From positions 224,001-288,000 of the forward strand of contig CAWJPJ010000005.1 in the NCBI GenBank assembly GCA_963844715.1: 64,000 nt of DNA. Reading direction: 5' to 3'. Numbering within the stretch: position 1 is the first letter of the stretch; every line of letters begins with the position of its first letter. Source of the stretch: an uncultured Phycisphaerales bacterium. Lineage in GTDB: Bacteria; Planctomycetota; Phycisphaerae; Tepidisphaerales; Tepidisphaeraceae. A program made the translations under genes and the position numbers. This document shows, piece by piece, positions 11,310-20,266 of the stretch. The notes below the pieces were generated by a model, which ran no database searches, was not told where the DNA came from, and saw only the letters and a list, made by a program, of their open reading frames with translations.

Positions 11310-12248
11310 ATGAAAAATCTATCGGGAATGAAGAGGAAGTCCGCGGTTTGGATGTTTGTCGAGATCGCGGTTTTAATGCTTGTGGTGACCCGGGCGGCCA
11401 GCGCGGACGATCCGGATTCGACGGCTCCGGCGGCGACGCAGCCGCCCGATAAATCCCAATACACGCTGTTCAATCCCGTGCCGACGGATCTGCTCCGCGA
11501 GATGGCGACGGATCGGCCGGATAAGACGGATTCGCCAACTACGATCGACGCGGGGCATCTGCAAATCGAGACAGGGGTCATCGACTACGATTACGATCGG
11601 GACAAATTCGAGGGGGATAACGATCTGAATGAGTCGATCGGGCTGGGGGAAGTGGAATTCCGGCTGGGGATTTTGAATTACCTGGAACTGGATCTGGAAA
11701 TTGATTCGTACGATTTCCTGAGCGAGACGGATTACAACGCGGGGAAAAGCCGGCGGCAGCAGGGATTTGGAGATATGACGATTGGGGAGAGTCTGAACTT
11801 CTGGGGGAATGATGACAGCGACAACGTTTGGGATACGGCGTTTGGGCTCGAGGCGGATTTGAAAATTCCGACGGCTCAGAAGGATATTGGAAATGGCTAT
11901 CCCGAGGCGTTTTTTGGGTTCCCGCTGGCGGTAAATCTGCCGGGGGATTTTGAGGGCGGGGCGGAGACGATCGTTTCGTGGGAAAGAAATTCGATCAACG
12001 ACGATTACGTGACCGGGTGGCAGAATATGGCGGAGATCGACCGGGTGATTTTCGCCGGTTTGGATGTCTATGCCGAGTATTGGATGCACACGAGCACCGA
12101 GCGGCATCTGGAAGCGCAGATGTCGGCGGATTTCGGGTTCACGCTCCCGGTTGTGGACAATGTCGTCTTGGACGCCGGGGTGAACGTCGGATTGAACCAT
12201 GCGACGGATAGTCTTGAGGCGACCAGCGGGATCACCGTTCGATTCTAA
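11310..12248 (+). CDS. Putative outer-membrane channel (MetA-pathway-of-phenol-degradation-like transporter family)
   Basis: Signal peptide, YTLFNPVP..LREMATDRPDKTDSPTTIDAGHLQIETG, C-terminal Phe. Confidence 0.75.
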   Translation: MKNLSGMKRKSAVWMFVEIAVLMLVVTRAASADDPDSTAPAATQPPDKSQYTLFNPVPTDLLREMATDRPDKTDSPTTIDAGHLQIETGVIDYDYDRDKFEGDNDLNESIGLGEVEFRLGILNYLELDLEIDSYDFLSETDYNAGKSRRQQGFGDMTIGESLNFWGNDDSDNVWDTAFGLEADLKIPTAQKDIGNGYPEAFFGFPLAVNLPGDFEGGAETIVSWERNSINDDYVTGWQNMAEIDRVIFAGLDVYAEYWMHTSTERHLEAQMSADFGFTLPVVDNVVLDAGVNVGLNHATDSLEATSGITVRF

Positions 12249-12275
12249 CCGGATTTGCGGTATCCTTCCCGCCAT

Positions 12276-13040
12276 ATGATTCGCAAAATAGCATTCGCGG
12301 CGATCGTGCTGTTCGCGGCCATCGTTCGCGCTCAGACGATCACCGTTTCAGCGGCAATCAGTCTTAAAGAAGCGATGACCGAAGAGGCCAGGCAATATGC
12401 GGCCGATGGGGGGGATCAGGTCTCTTTGAATTTTGGAGCATCGGGGTTGCTGGCGGCGCAGATCGAGCAGGGCGCGCCGGTGGATTTGTTTGTCTCAGCG
12501 GGTGCGCCGCAGGTCGATAAGCTGATCAAGGATGGGCTGGCCGATCCGGCCACGAGGACGGCCGTGGCGACCAATAGCCTGGTTTTGATTGTGCCGAAGG
12601 GGTCTGCGAATCCGCCGACGAAATTTGAGGATCTGATCAACGGGCGATTCACGCATATCGCGATTGGCGATCCCAAGACCGTCCCGGCCGGGCAATATGC
12701 CATGCAGACGTTTAAATCGCTCCAGATCGAGGGGATGCTCGCAACCCGGCTGGTGATGGGGGCGAATGTGCGGCAGGTTTTGCTCTATGTCTCGCGCGGG
12801 GAAGTCGAGGCGGGGGTGGTTTATGCGACGGATGCCGCGGAGGCAGCCGATACGGTGACCCTGGCGGCGACGGCGCCGGAGACTTCGCATGATCCGATTG
12901 TTTATCCGGCGGTGATTCTCAAGGGGGGAAAGACCGATGCGGCGGGGAAGTTTTTGAAATTCCTGCTCTCGGATAAGGGGAGGGGCATTCTGGCGTCGCA
13001 TGGATTCGGAGTGCCGACGCCGACGACTCAGCCCGGTTAA
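12276..13040 (+). CDS. modA: Molybdate ABC transporter substrate-binding protein
   Basis: VSAAISL, FGASGLLAAQIEQGAPVDLFVSA, VPAGQYA, NVRQVL, VYATDA. Confidence 0.93.
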   Translation: MIRKIAFAAIVLFAAIVRAQTITVSAAISLKEAMTEEARQYAADGGDQVSLNFGASGLLAAQIEQGAPVDLFVSAGAPQVDKLIKDGLADPATRTAVATNSLVLIVPKGSANPPTKFEDLINGRFTHIAIGDPKTVPAGQYAMQTFKSLQIEGMLATRLVMGANVRQVLLYVSRGEVEAGVVYATDAAEAADTVTLAATAPETSHDPIVYPAVILKGGKTDAAGKFLKFLLSDKGRGILASHGFGVPTPTTQPG

Positions 13041-13052
13041 GATGGCCCGCCT

Positions 13053-13700
13053 ATGAGCCCCCTGTGGCAGGCGCTGATTCAATCGCTGCGGATTTCGCTG
13101 TGCGCCACGGTGGGGGTGACGGTCGTCGGCGTCCCTGTCGCGTACTTACTCGCCCGCCACAAGTTTCCTGGGAAGGGGATCGTTCAAAGTCTTCTGACGC
13201 TGCCCCTGGTCCTGCCGCCGACTGTGGTGGGGTATTTTTTGCTAGTGCTCCTGGGGCATAACGGGGTAATCAGTCATCCTCTGCATTTCAGCATTTTGTG
13301 GACGTGGTATGGGGCGGCGACGGCGGCGGGCGTGGTGGCGTTTCCGCTGCTGCTGCTGCCGGCGCGGGCGGCATTTGCCGGGGTGGATCGGGAGCTTGAA
13401 GACGTGGCCCGGCTGGCGGGGGCGAGCCGGCTGGAGACGTTTTTGTATGTGAGTTTGCCGCTGGCGGCGCCAGGAATCGCCAGCGGCGTGCTGCTCACCT
13501 TTGCCCGCGCCCTGGGGGAGTTTGGCGCTACCGTGATGATTCTAGGCATTCAGGACCGCTCCAATACTTTGCCGCTTTTTGTATATGAACAGTTCGAGGA
13601 ACTGACGCCGCAGGGGATGATCCCGGCGGTGCTGGTCCTGACCGGGGTGACTCTAGTTGTTATTGCGATTTATAACCGGCTGCCCGCCAATCGGGTCTGA
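13053..13700 (+). CDS. modB: Molybdate ABC transporter permease
   Basis: LPLVLPPTVVGYFLL, FARALGEFGAT. Confidence 0.93.
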   Translation: MSPLWQALIQSLRISLCATVGVTVVGVPVAYLLARHKFPGKGIVQSLLTLPLVLPPTVVGYFLLVLLGHNGVISHPLHFSILWTWYGAATAAGVVAFPLLLLPARAAFAGVDRELEDVARLAGASRLETFLYVSLPLAAPGIASGVLLTFARALGEFGATVMILGIQDRSNTLPLFVYEQFEELTPQGMIPAVLVLTGVTLVVIAIYNRLPANRV

Positions 13701-13842
13701 CTCCGATCCCCGACTGCAAATTTTGCTTGTGTACAACTTCACAAAGTTTCAAACGTCTAGTTATGTAGAGAGGAGCCAATGGCCAGGGGAGAGAGAGGGA
13801 GTTTAGAAGAATGGTGAACGCCCCGTTGGGCAGGAGCTGGCC

Positions 13843-14211
13843 ATGATCAAGATCAAGCATTTTATGGACGCGCCGGAAGAGGATGATGGGCGCCGGATTT
13901 GGGTGGAGCCGTTTGGCGTGACGGCGGATTTATCGATGTGGTGCAAGGTGGATCATACGCTTTGCCATGTCGCGCCGCCGAGAGGGTTGTGGGATTGGTT
14001 CGAGACTCATCCCCAGGGTTACGATTATTTCCGCGCTCGATATCACACCTGGCTGAGCAAGAGTCCGTACAAGCCGGCGCTTCAGGCCCTCGCGTGCGCG
14101 GCGGTTCGCGAGAACATCACGCTGCTGCACCAGGAGGACGATCCGGAACACAATTCGGCGACGGCGCTGTACGACTACCTGAATGAACTTGAGGCGTACT
14201 GCAAAGAATAA
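13843..14211 (+). CDS. DUF488-family protein (YeaO-like)
   Basis: MIKIK...DDGRRIWVE, VAP...LWDWF, ITLLH...HNSA; AGGAG SD. Confidence 0.75.
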   Translation: MIKIKHFMDAPEEDDGRRIWVEPFGVTADLSMWCKVDHTLCHVAPPRGLWDWFETHPQGYDYFRARYHTWLSKSPYKPALQALACAAVRENITLLHQEDDPEHNSATALYDYLNELEAYCKE

Positions 14212-14326
14212 AATGCAACCGCGGAGACATGGAGACGCTGAGGCAGACGCAGAGAAGGGCTTAAAAATAGGCCGTTTTTCTTCTCCGCGTCTGCCTCAGC
14301 GTCTCTGTGGCTCCGTGGTTGCATTT
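14211..14326. repeat. Long imperfect inverted repeat between convergent genes (possible bidirectional terminator or REP-like element)
   Basis: AAATGCAACC...GAGACGCTGAGGCAGACGC-AGAGAAG / CTTCTC-CGCGTCTGCCTCAGCGTCTC...GGTTGCATTT. Confidence 0.8.
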
Positions 14327-16030
14327 GTGCTTTGAGTAGCGGCGGGGATAGGTTTGCGAACTACCAAAAGCGCCGGCTCGTGGTTTTTGGATAGATCGAG
14401 GGAGAATACCGGGGGGTTCTTCTGCACGACGCATTGGTCGGCCACGTAGAACTGGTCGCGCAAATCCGCCGGGACGTTGTCCCAATCTTTTTCCCTTACT
14501 AAACAGGCCTGGGTCGTCGGCAAAATCGCCAGCAGGGATTTCATGTCGCGGATTTCCACGATTCGTCGGCGGGAAAGGTAGACGAGATTTCGCGGGCTCA
14601 GGCCGCTGGCGGTGACGAGGGGTTCGTCGGGGGCGAGGGAGGCGGTCACCGTGGGGGCAAGAGTCATCCAGGTTTTCCCGGCCAGCGGCGGGATGCTAAG
14701 GCCGCCTAGATAGACGTTCACGGAAATCAGCGCCAGAACAATGCTGGGAACGAGTCGATGAATTTTGGGGTCCCGCCAGTGTCTTAGCAGGAAATCGGCC
14801 GCGATGAGAAGGACGGCCACGTGAGCCCAGAGCCAGCGGGTATCGTCGTGGGGGCTGCAAAAGATCATCAGGAGGAGCGGCACGATGAGGAGCGCGACGA
14901 CCACGCCATAGGTGAGTGTTGCCGTGGAGAGGAGGCCGCGGATCTTCGGGTTGTCATAGGCGGCGTCGAGCCAGCCGGCCAGGAGCATCGCAGTCGGGCC
15001 GATAGGGGTGAGCATGTAGCGCGTGCTCTTGCGATGGGCGCAGGTGAGCACAAGGAGGACGGCGGCGAGCCAGAAGATGAGAAACTTGGCGCAGGGCCTG
15101 CGCCGTGAAGCCGCCTTTGCGGCCGGCTAGGGCGGCCGCCGCGATGAGCGGAATCCAGGGGAGGATGCTGGGGATGAGTTGGGGGAAAATTCTCAGGCAA
15201 TCTTTGAGCGAATTGACCGGCCCGGAGAATTGCGCGTAGGACTCGTGTGAGCCGGGATTGAGCAGGGTGTCCTTGAATTGCTGCGCGTTGCGATGAATGA
15301 AGACGACGGCCCAGGGGACGACGATGAGAATCACAATGATGGGGCCGCCGATCCAGGGGAATTGTTTAAGCGTGGCCCAATCGCGCCGGAAAATCACCCA
15401 AAGCATAGGAAGGAGGCACCAGACCAGGCCGACGGGGCCTTTAGTTAGAACGCCCAAACCCATGGCGACGAAATAGAGATACCCGGCCCACTTTGGGGCG
15501 GGTTCGACAGGTAAAACAATTCGTATGAAGGCATAGAGAGCAACGGACGTAAACGCCCAGAGCGAGGCATCCGTAATCGCGGCCCGGCTAAGCTGGACGA
15601 CCGTCAAGTGTCCGGCGGCAATCACCGCCGCGAGCAAGGCAGGACGATTGCCCAGCAGGTGCCGGGCCGTGAGCCAGATCATGAATATCGCGGCGAACGT
15701 CGCAGCCGCCGAGCACAGGCGGGCTACGGCGATGTGAATCCCGAAAATCTTGAACGCGACTCCGATGATCCAATAAAAGAGGATCGGCTTGACCAGCCGC
15801 GCTTCGCCGTTGAAGTGCGGGGTGATCCAGTCGTGCTGCTCAACCATCTGCCGCGACGCGGTGATGTAGTCGAATTCGTCGGGGTCTACGAAGGGGAACC
15901 GTTGGATGTTGGTGTAAGAAAGGACGGTGAGGAGCAGCGCGCCAATGGCGGCCCATTTTTCCCAGGAACGGCGTGGGGGGAGAGTTGAGTCGATGGGTTG
16001 GGAGGGAGATTCGATTGCGGGGGCGGTCAT
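14296..16030 (-). CDS. ArnT/PMT-family (GT39/GT83) membrane glycosyltransferase, frameshifted
   Basis: DPDE..Y, DWITPHFNG..RLVKPILFYW, ARLCSA, LTKGPVG, K..RYML. Confidence 0.85.
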
Positions 16031-16082
16031 TGTTGTTGGGAAAAAGTACCGGGAAGGCCAACGGATAGCCATCCGTTGGCGT

Positions 16083-16814
16083 TCAGTTCCATTGAAGCGT
16101 TTCTAAATGCCTTTGAAGGTCGCCTGCTGTAGAGAAACTTTCCAGGATCAGCGAATCCTTCAGGCCGCGGACGATTTGTTTTACTACCGGGGGTTGGCTG
16201 GCATAGTGATCTCGCCCGCCGACGATGGTGTGTAGGACTTGGACGAGGTTCAGGACATCTTTTTCTATTTTTGCCCGGGTCGGACGACCCAAGTCAAAGA
16301 AGTCCAGGAGTTTAACTTCGAAGGTAATTCCCTGGCGGCGGATCATGATATTGTCTTCGTGGATATCCCCGTGATATTCGCCGCGGGCGTGGATGGGCGC
16401 GATGCCTCGGGCCAGCACATAGAGGACATGGAGCGCTTCGAAGGTACTGAGGCGGTGCCCGTGCTGTTTTTGCAGGAACTCGCTTAGTTTCTGCCCTTCG
16501 ACCAGTTCGCTGATGACGACGATGACCTTGCGGCGTTTGACGTAGGCGATCTCCTGGTGGTGGTATTGCATCAGGATGGGGCAATGGCGGAGAGCGTCCA
16601 GCTTTCTTGCGTAAACGATCGCGGCTTTGCCTGTAGGGTCGCGGTGAGGGTAGTAGAACTTCGCGGCGCGTCGGATCCCGGTGCTTTTTTCGACGATGCT
16701 GTAAACCTCGCCCTCCCAGCCACTTCCGAGGATGCGGTCGACGACGTATTTCCCGGCGATCATTCGCCCGGCAGGGAAATCGAAGCGTTTGGACTTACGT
16801 GGCGGACGCTGCAT
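16083..16814 (-). CDS. Atypical protein kinase-like protein
   Basis: LGSGWEGEVY, AAKFYY, HGDIHEDNIMI, LLDFFD. Confidence 0.8.
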   Translation of the reverse strand: MQRPPRKSKRFDFPAGRMIAGKYVVDRILGSGWEGEVYSIVEKSTGIRRAAKFYYPHRDPTGKAAIVYARKLDALRHCPILMQYHHQEIAYVKRRKVIVVISELVEGQKLSEFLQKQHGHRLSTFEALHVLYVLARGIAPIHARGEYHGDIHEDNIMIRRQGITFEVKLLDFFDLGRPTRAKIEKDVLNLVQVLHTIVGGRDHYASQPPVVKQIVRGLKDSLILESFSTAGDLQRHLETLQWN

Positions 16815-16934
16815 AATTGTTACATCATTGAACACCCCGGCGTTCGGGTCAAACGGCCCGCTTCCGGGCGCAGTTATTGAAATATCCACGATTTGTAACT
16901 CCTTGCAGGACCGCATTTGATAGAATTTCCAGGC

Positions 16935-17330
16935 ATGGAATTCTTGAAGAGCATCGTGGGGAAAATTACCGCCGGGCTGGTCGGCCTGGGGGTGATTGCC
17001 GGTGCCATTTCTTGGTGGCAGATGGGGCCCCAGACGCGGCAGATGCTCGTCCATGGGGTGGAGGAGATCGGGGTTTGGCTGGGGGTCGTGGTCCTTTTGC
17101 CGTGGGTCAGTTTTTCGGTGATTGGGAAAGTGGCCAAGGCGGAGAGCAATCTGGCGGGGGGAGTGCTCGTGGGTGGGTATTCGCTGGCGGAGACGGTGCT
17201 TTTGGCCTGGCTTTTTCACTGGCAGATACTAACTAGCACGGCATGGACGTTTCTGGTCTTCAGCGGGCTCTTCGCCGCGACGTATAATTTGTTGATCTGC
17301 GACTGGATCGCGGAAAAGGTGCATTCGTGA
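16935..17330 (+). CDS. Hypothetical membrane protein (about 4 TM helices)
   Basis: Four hydrophobic segments; stop overlaps kinase start (GTGA). Confidence 0.7.
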   Translation: MEFLKSIVGKITAGLVGLGVIAGAISWWQMGPQTRQMLVHGVEEIGVWLGVVVLLPWVSFSVIGKVAKAESNLAGGVLVGGYSLAETVLLAWLFHWQILTSTAWTFLVFSGLFAATYNLLICDWIAEKVHS

Positions 17331-18358
17331 TTGCTCAACCCGGACAACGCGTTGGTGAATATGTGCTGCTCGCGCCCGTGGGCAACGGGGCGTTCGGCGA
17401 AGTCTGGCGCGCCCAGCACCATGTCTGGGCGGATCAGATCGTCGCCGTGAAAATTCCGGCCGACCCGCAGCACCTTCGCGCGCTGCAGCGCGAAGGGGCG
17501 ACGATTCATAATTTGGTTCATCCGAACATCGTGAAGGCGATCGCGTTTGATCCGTATGCGCCGGTGCCGTATCTGGCGATGGAGTATGTGCCCGGCTCGA
17601 GCCTTCGGCCGCTGATCCAGAATAAGTCGCTATCGGTTGCGGACGCGGTGATGATCATGAAGCAGATTCTGCTCGGGCTTCAGTATGCGCATGACAAGGG
17701 TGTGATCCATCGGGACATCAAGCCGGAGAATATTCTCATTCACGAGCGGGCGTGGAAAGAAGGATTGGCGGCGGCGGGGGTGGTGAAGGTGACGGATTTT
17801 GGATTGGGACGGCAAGGGAATTCGCCGGGGGAGGGGTCGATCGCGTATTCGGCCTCGATGAATTCGCCAGGGGCGGGGCAGATCGTGGGGACCCTGGAAT
17901 ACATGTCGCCGGAGCAGAGAAGCGGTGCGCAAGTGGACGCGCGGGCGGATTTGTATTCGTGCGGGGTGGTGCTTTTTGAGATGCTCACCGGACAGCGGCC
18001 GGCGGGGATGGAATTGCCCAGCGATTTGAAGCCGGGTGTGCCACCCGCGCTGGATGAGGCGTTCCGGCGAAGTTATGCGCGATTGGAAAAGCGGTATGGA
18101 TCGGCGGGGGAATTTTTGGCGGCGATCTCGAAGGGGAGTTTTCCGCCGCCGTTGGTGTTGCGGCCTCCTGCAATCGTTTCCAATTGCCCAAATTGCCGCA
18201 TGCCCGTGGATGGGGCGGACCAGTTTTGCATGTATTGCGGTGCGCAGGTCGTGCCGATCGTGCGCAGATGCCCAAAATGCGGGGCCTACCCCGATGCGAC
18301 GGACAAATATTGCATGTTTTGCGGCCAATCCATGGTAAATCCAATGGTAACGGCGTAA
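17327..18358 (+). CDS. Hanks-type Ser/Thr protein kinase with C-terminal double zinc ribbon
   Basis: GNGAFGEVW, VAVK, HRDIKPEN, DFGLG, GTLEYMSPEQ, DLYSCG; CPNC..FCMYCG..CPKCG..YCMFCG. Confidence 0.93.
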   Translation: MIAQPGQRVGEYVLLAPVGNGAFGEVWRAQHHVWADQIVAVKIPADPQHLRALQREGATIHNLVHPNIVKAIAFDPYAPVPYLAMEYVPGSSLRPLIQNKSLSVADAVMIMKQILLGLQYAHDKGVIHRDIKPENILIHERAWKEGLAAAGVVKVTDFGLGRQGNSPGEGSIAYSASMNSPGAGQIVGTLEYMSPEQRSGAQVDARADLYSCGVVLFEMLTGQRPAGMELPSDLKPGVPPALDEAFRRSYARLEKRYGSAGEFLAAISKGSFPPPLVLRPPAIVSNCPNCRMPVDGADQFCMYCGAQVVPIVRRCPKCGAYPDATDKYCMFCGQSMVNPMVTA

Positions 18359-18368
18359 GAGGCGACAA

Positions 18369-18651
18369 ATGCCGGGTTTGGGATTTGATATACTGCTGGT
18401 CTTCACGGTGATGGTGCTCGCCTGGCTGATTTTCGTCGGGTGGGTGGCCGGCATGATCCTCCGCGGAATCTGGCGCGGGTTGAGATGGATGCTCGGAGCC
18501 GCCGCGCGCCGGGCGTGTATGAAGCGACGGCGTGGCGATGGTGCTCGCGGATTCGCTGCGGCGCGAAAATCCGCCCCAGGCGCGATTTTGCCGGCGGTGT
18601 GGAATGCCGCTGGTCGCGGCGGCGCGGAATCGCCAGAGAGCCGCGGCTTAA
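18369..18651 (+). CDS. Membrane-anchored zinc-ribbon protein, frameshifted
   Basis: N-terminal TM helix; reconstructed across two shifts: CSRIRCGA-NPPQARFCRRCGMPL...AAA*. Confidence 0.6.
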
Positions 18652-18669
18652 GGAACAGACGGCCGGACG

Positions 18670-18792
18670 ATGAACAGAGTCTATCTCGTCGTCTCGCTGG
18701 TCGGCTGGATTTGGTGCGTCGCCGCGGGAGCGGTGATTTACATAAAGTGGCGCCGGAAAAGATCCGGCGGAACGAAAAATGATCGGTCCTGA
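18670..18792 (+). CDS. Small single-TM protein (40 aa)
   Basis: MNRVYLVVSLVGWIWCVAAGAVIYIKWRRKRSGGTKNDRS*; fills the operon gap and overlaps the next start. Confidence 0.55.
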   Translation: MNRVYLVVSLVGWIWCVAAGAVIYIKWRRKRSGGTKNDRS

Positions 18793-20263
18793 TCCGCAAT
18801 TTCATCGAAGGCTTGAATCGCAATTCATGCTCCGCGTGCAGCAATTGCTCGACGATCCTCGCTTGCGCCTCGAGACGGTGGAAGGTCGCCGTCCGGTGAC
18901 GGATTATCAGCGCCAAGTCACGGCCACGGATCAGGCGGTGGAACTGAAGCGGCTGATGAGCAAACTCGGAAAGCCGGATCGGGAACTCGAAGCGCAGATG
19001 CCGGTGGGCAAGCGGATGGACGTGGTTCTCTACGAGAAGAAATTCTGGTCGGGGAAGACCTCACTGGGACGATTGCGGGTGGCATGCCTATCGCCGACGC
19101 AGCAGCTTATCGAGGGCAAACCATTGGACGCGGCGTCGGCAGAGGATATCCAGAACGTGATATCGCAGTTGCCGCCCCCGCTGCCAGGAATGCCGGCGTC
19201 GCCGCCGACGGTGGTCGTGATGTCGACGAGCGGGTTTACGCCCGAGGCGACGGAAGCGATGGAGCGGGGCGAGGACCGGACGGTGATTTTGCTTTGGCCG
19301 AATCGATCGGGAGGGTGGACGGCGGCGGGCCCGCCGCAGACGCAATTCATCGCCGATCTGTTCGATCCGGAATCGCCCGGCGACAAGAAGCGGCGCATTC
19401 GGGCCGCGATCGAACTGGGACAATCGGAACTGATTACCGGTGCGCTGGTCGGGGAGAAGCTGGCGGCGGATACGGAACTGCCGCTACGAATGGTCGAAGA
19501 CGAAATGAAACTCTACGCGAGGGAATATCCCGGCCTGGTGGCCAAGCGATTGCGCGGCCAAATGGCGCTGTACCGCGAGGGACAGACGCCGCCCGTCGGT
19601 TTACTCCTTCGAGGAGGCGGCAGCATGCCTGTCATGGATCGTTTCTTCCTTACCCGGCTCAAGGCCATCTTTTCGCGAAAGGGCGATCTCGACAAAAAGA
19701 TCGCGCTGCTTTCGGAGCGGCGGGCCGATCTGACGCAATTGCGGGATCGGGGATATCAGGATTTGTCGGTGCTCGAGAAGAAAGAGGATGAGCTGCGCGT
19801 GCAGTTCAAGGACGCGGCGGAGATGCCGCGCCGGCGCATCACCAGCCAGTTGCTCCAGCTTCGCAAGGACGTGGCGCGGCGGCGTCAGCTTTTGTCGGTG
19901 CTGAATCAGCAGGTCAACGTGATCAACACGCATCTGCATTCCCTGGAATTGCAGAAGCAGGGGGAATACGCACAGCTTCCTAGCCCCGATGAGATCGCGG
20001 CGGACGCCTCGAAGGCGGAGGAAGTTTTGGCTCAGCTCGAGGCGGACAGTGAACTGGCGCAGAGCGTTGCCGCAGACACGCATAGCGCGCTGTGGTCCGA
20101 GGAGCAATCGCTGTATGAGGAATTGGTGAAAGAGGACTCGGAGATCGGCAAGACGGAATCGACGCCGGAGGTGGAAGGGCTGCCTGAATCAGGGCCGGAT
20201 GAGCCGGTGCTGCAAAAGCCGCCGGCCTCGCGGTTGCGGCGTTCCGAGGCGGAGCCGGGGTGA
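18779..20263 (+). CDS. Multidomain protein: restriction-endonuclease-like fold, winged helix and ESCRT-III/Snf7-like coiled coil
   Basis: VVVMSTSGFTPEA (Mrr-like); helix-strand-helix-helix-hairpin at aa ~202-266; Snf7-like helical hairpin and acidic tail at aa 283-494. Confidence 0.6.
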   Translation: MIGPDPQFHRRLESQFMLRVQQLLDDPRLRLETVEGRRPVTDYQRQVTATDQAVELKRLMSKLGKPDRELEAQMPVGKRMDVVLYEKKFWSGKTSLGRLRVACLSPTQQLIEGKPLDAASAEDIQNVISQLPPPLPGMPASPPTVVVMSTSGFTPEATEAMERGEDRTVILLWPNRSGGWTAAGPPQTQFIADLFDPESPGDKKRRIRAAIELGQSELITGALVGEKLAADTELPLRMVEDEMKLYAREYPGLVAKRLRGQMALYREGQTPPVGLLLRGGGSMPVMDRFFLTRLKAIFSRKGDLDKKIALLSERRADLTQLRDRGYQDLSVLEKKEDELRVQFKDAAEMPRRRITSQLLQLRKDVARRRQLLSVLNQQVNVINTHLHSLELQKQGEYAQLPSPDEIAADASKAEEVLAQLEADSELAQSVAADTHSALWSEEQSLYEELVKEDSEIGKTESTPEVEGLPESGPDEPVLQKPPASRLRRSEAEPG

Positions 20264-20266
20264 GCC

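Noticed and set aside
13701..13842. Possible riboswitch (e.g. Moco) after modB
   Set aside because: Purine-rich leader, but no recognisable consensus, and it is downstream of the mod genes
18369..18782. 137-aa ORF as given in the track
   Set aside because: Better explained as a frameshifted TM/zinc-ribbon gene plus a separate 40-aa ORF
19000..19370. Active restriction nuclease/defence gene in the fusion protein
   Set aside because: Only the structural STSGF-like motif is visible and catalytic PD-(D/E)XK residues cannot be assigned, so it is kept as fold-level inference only
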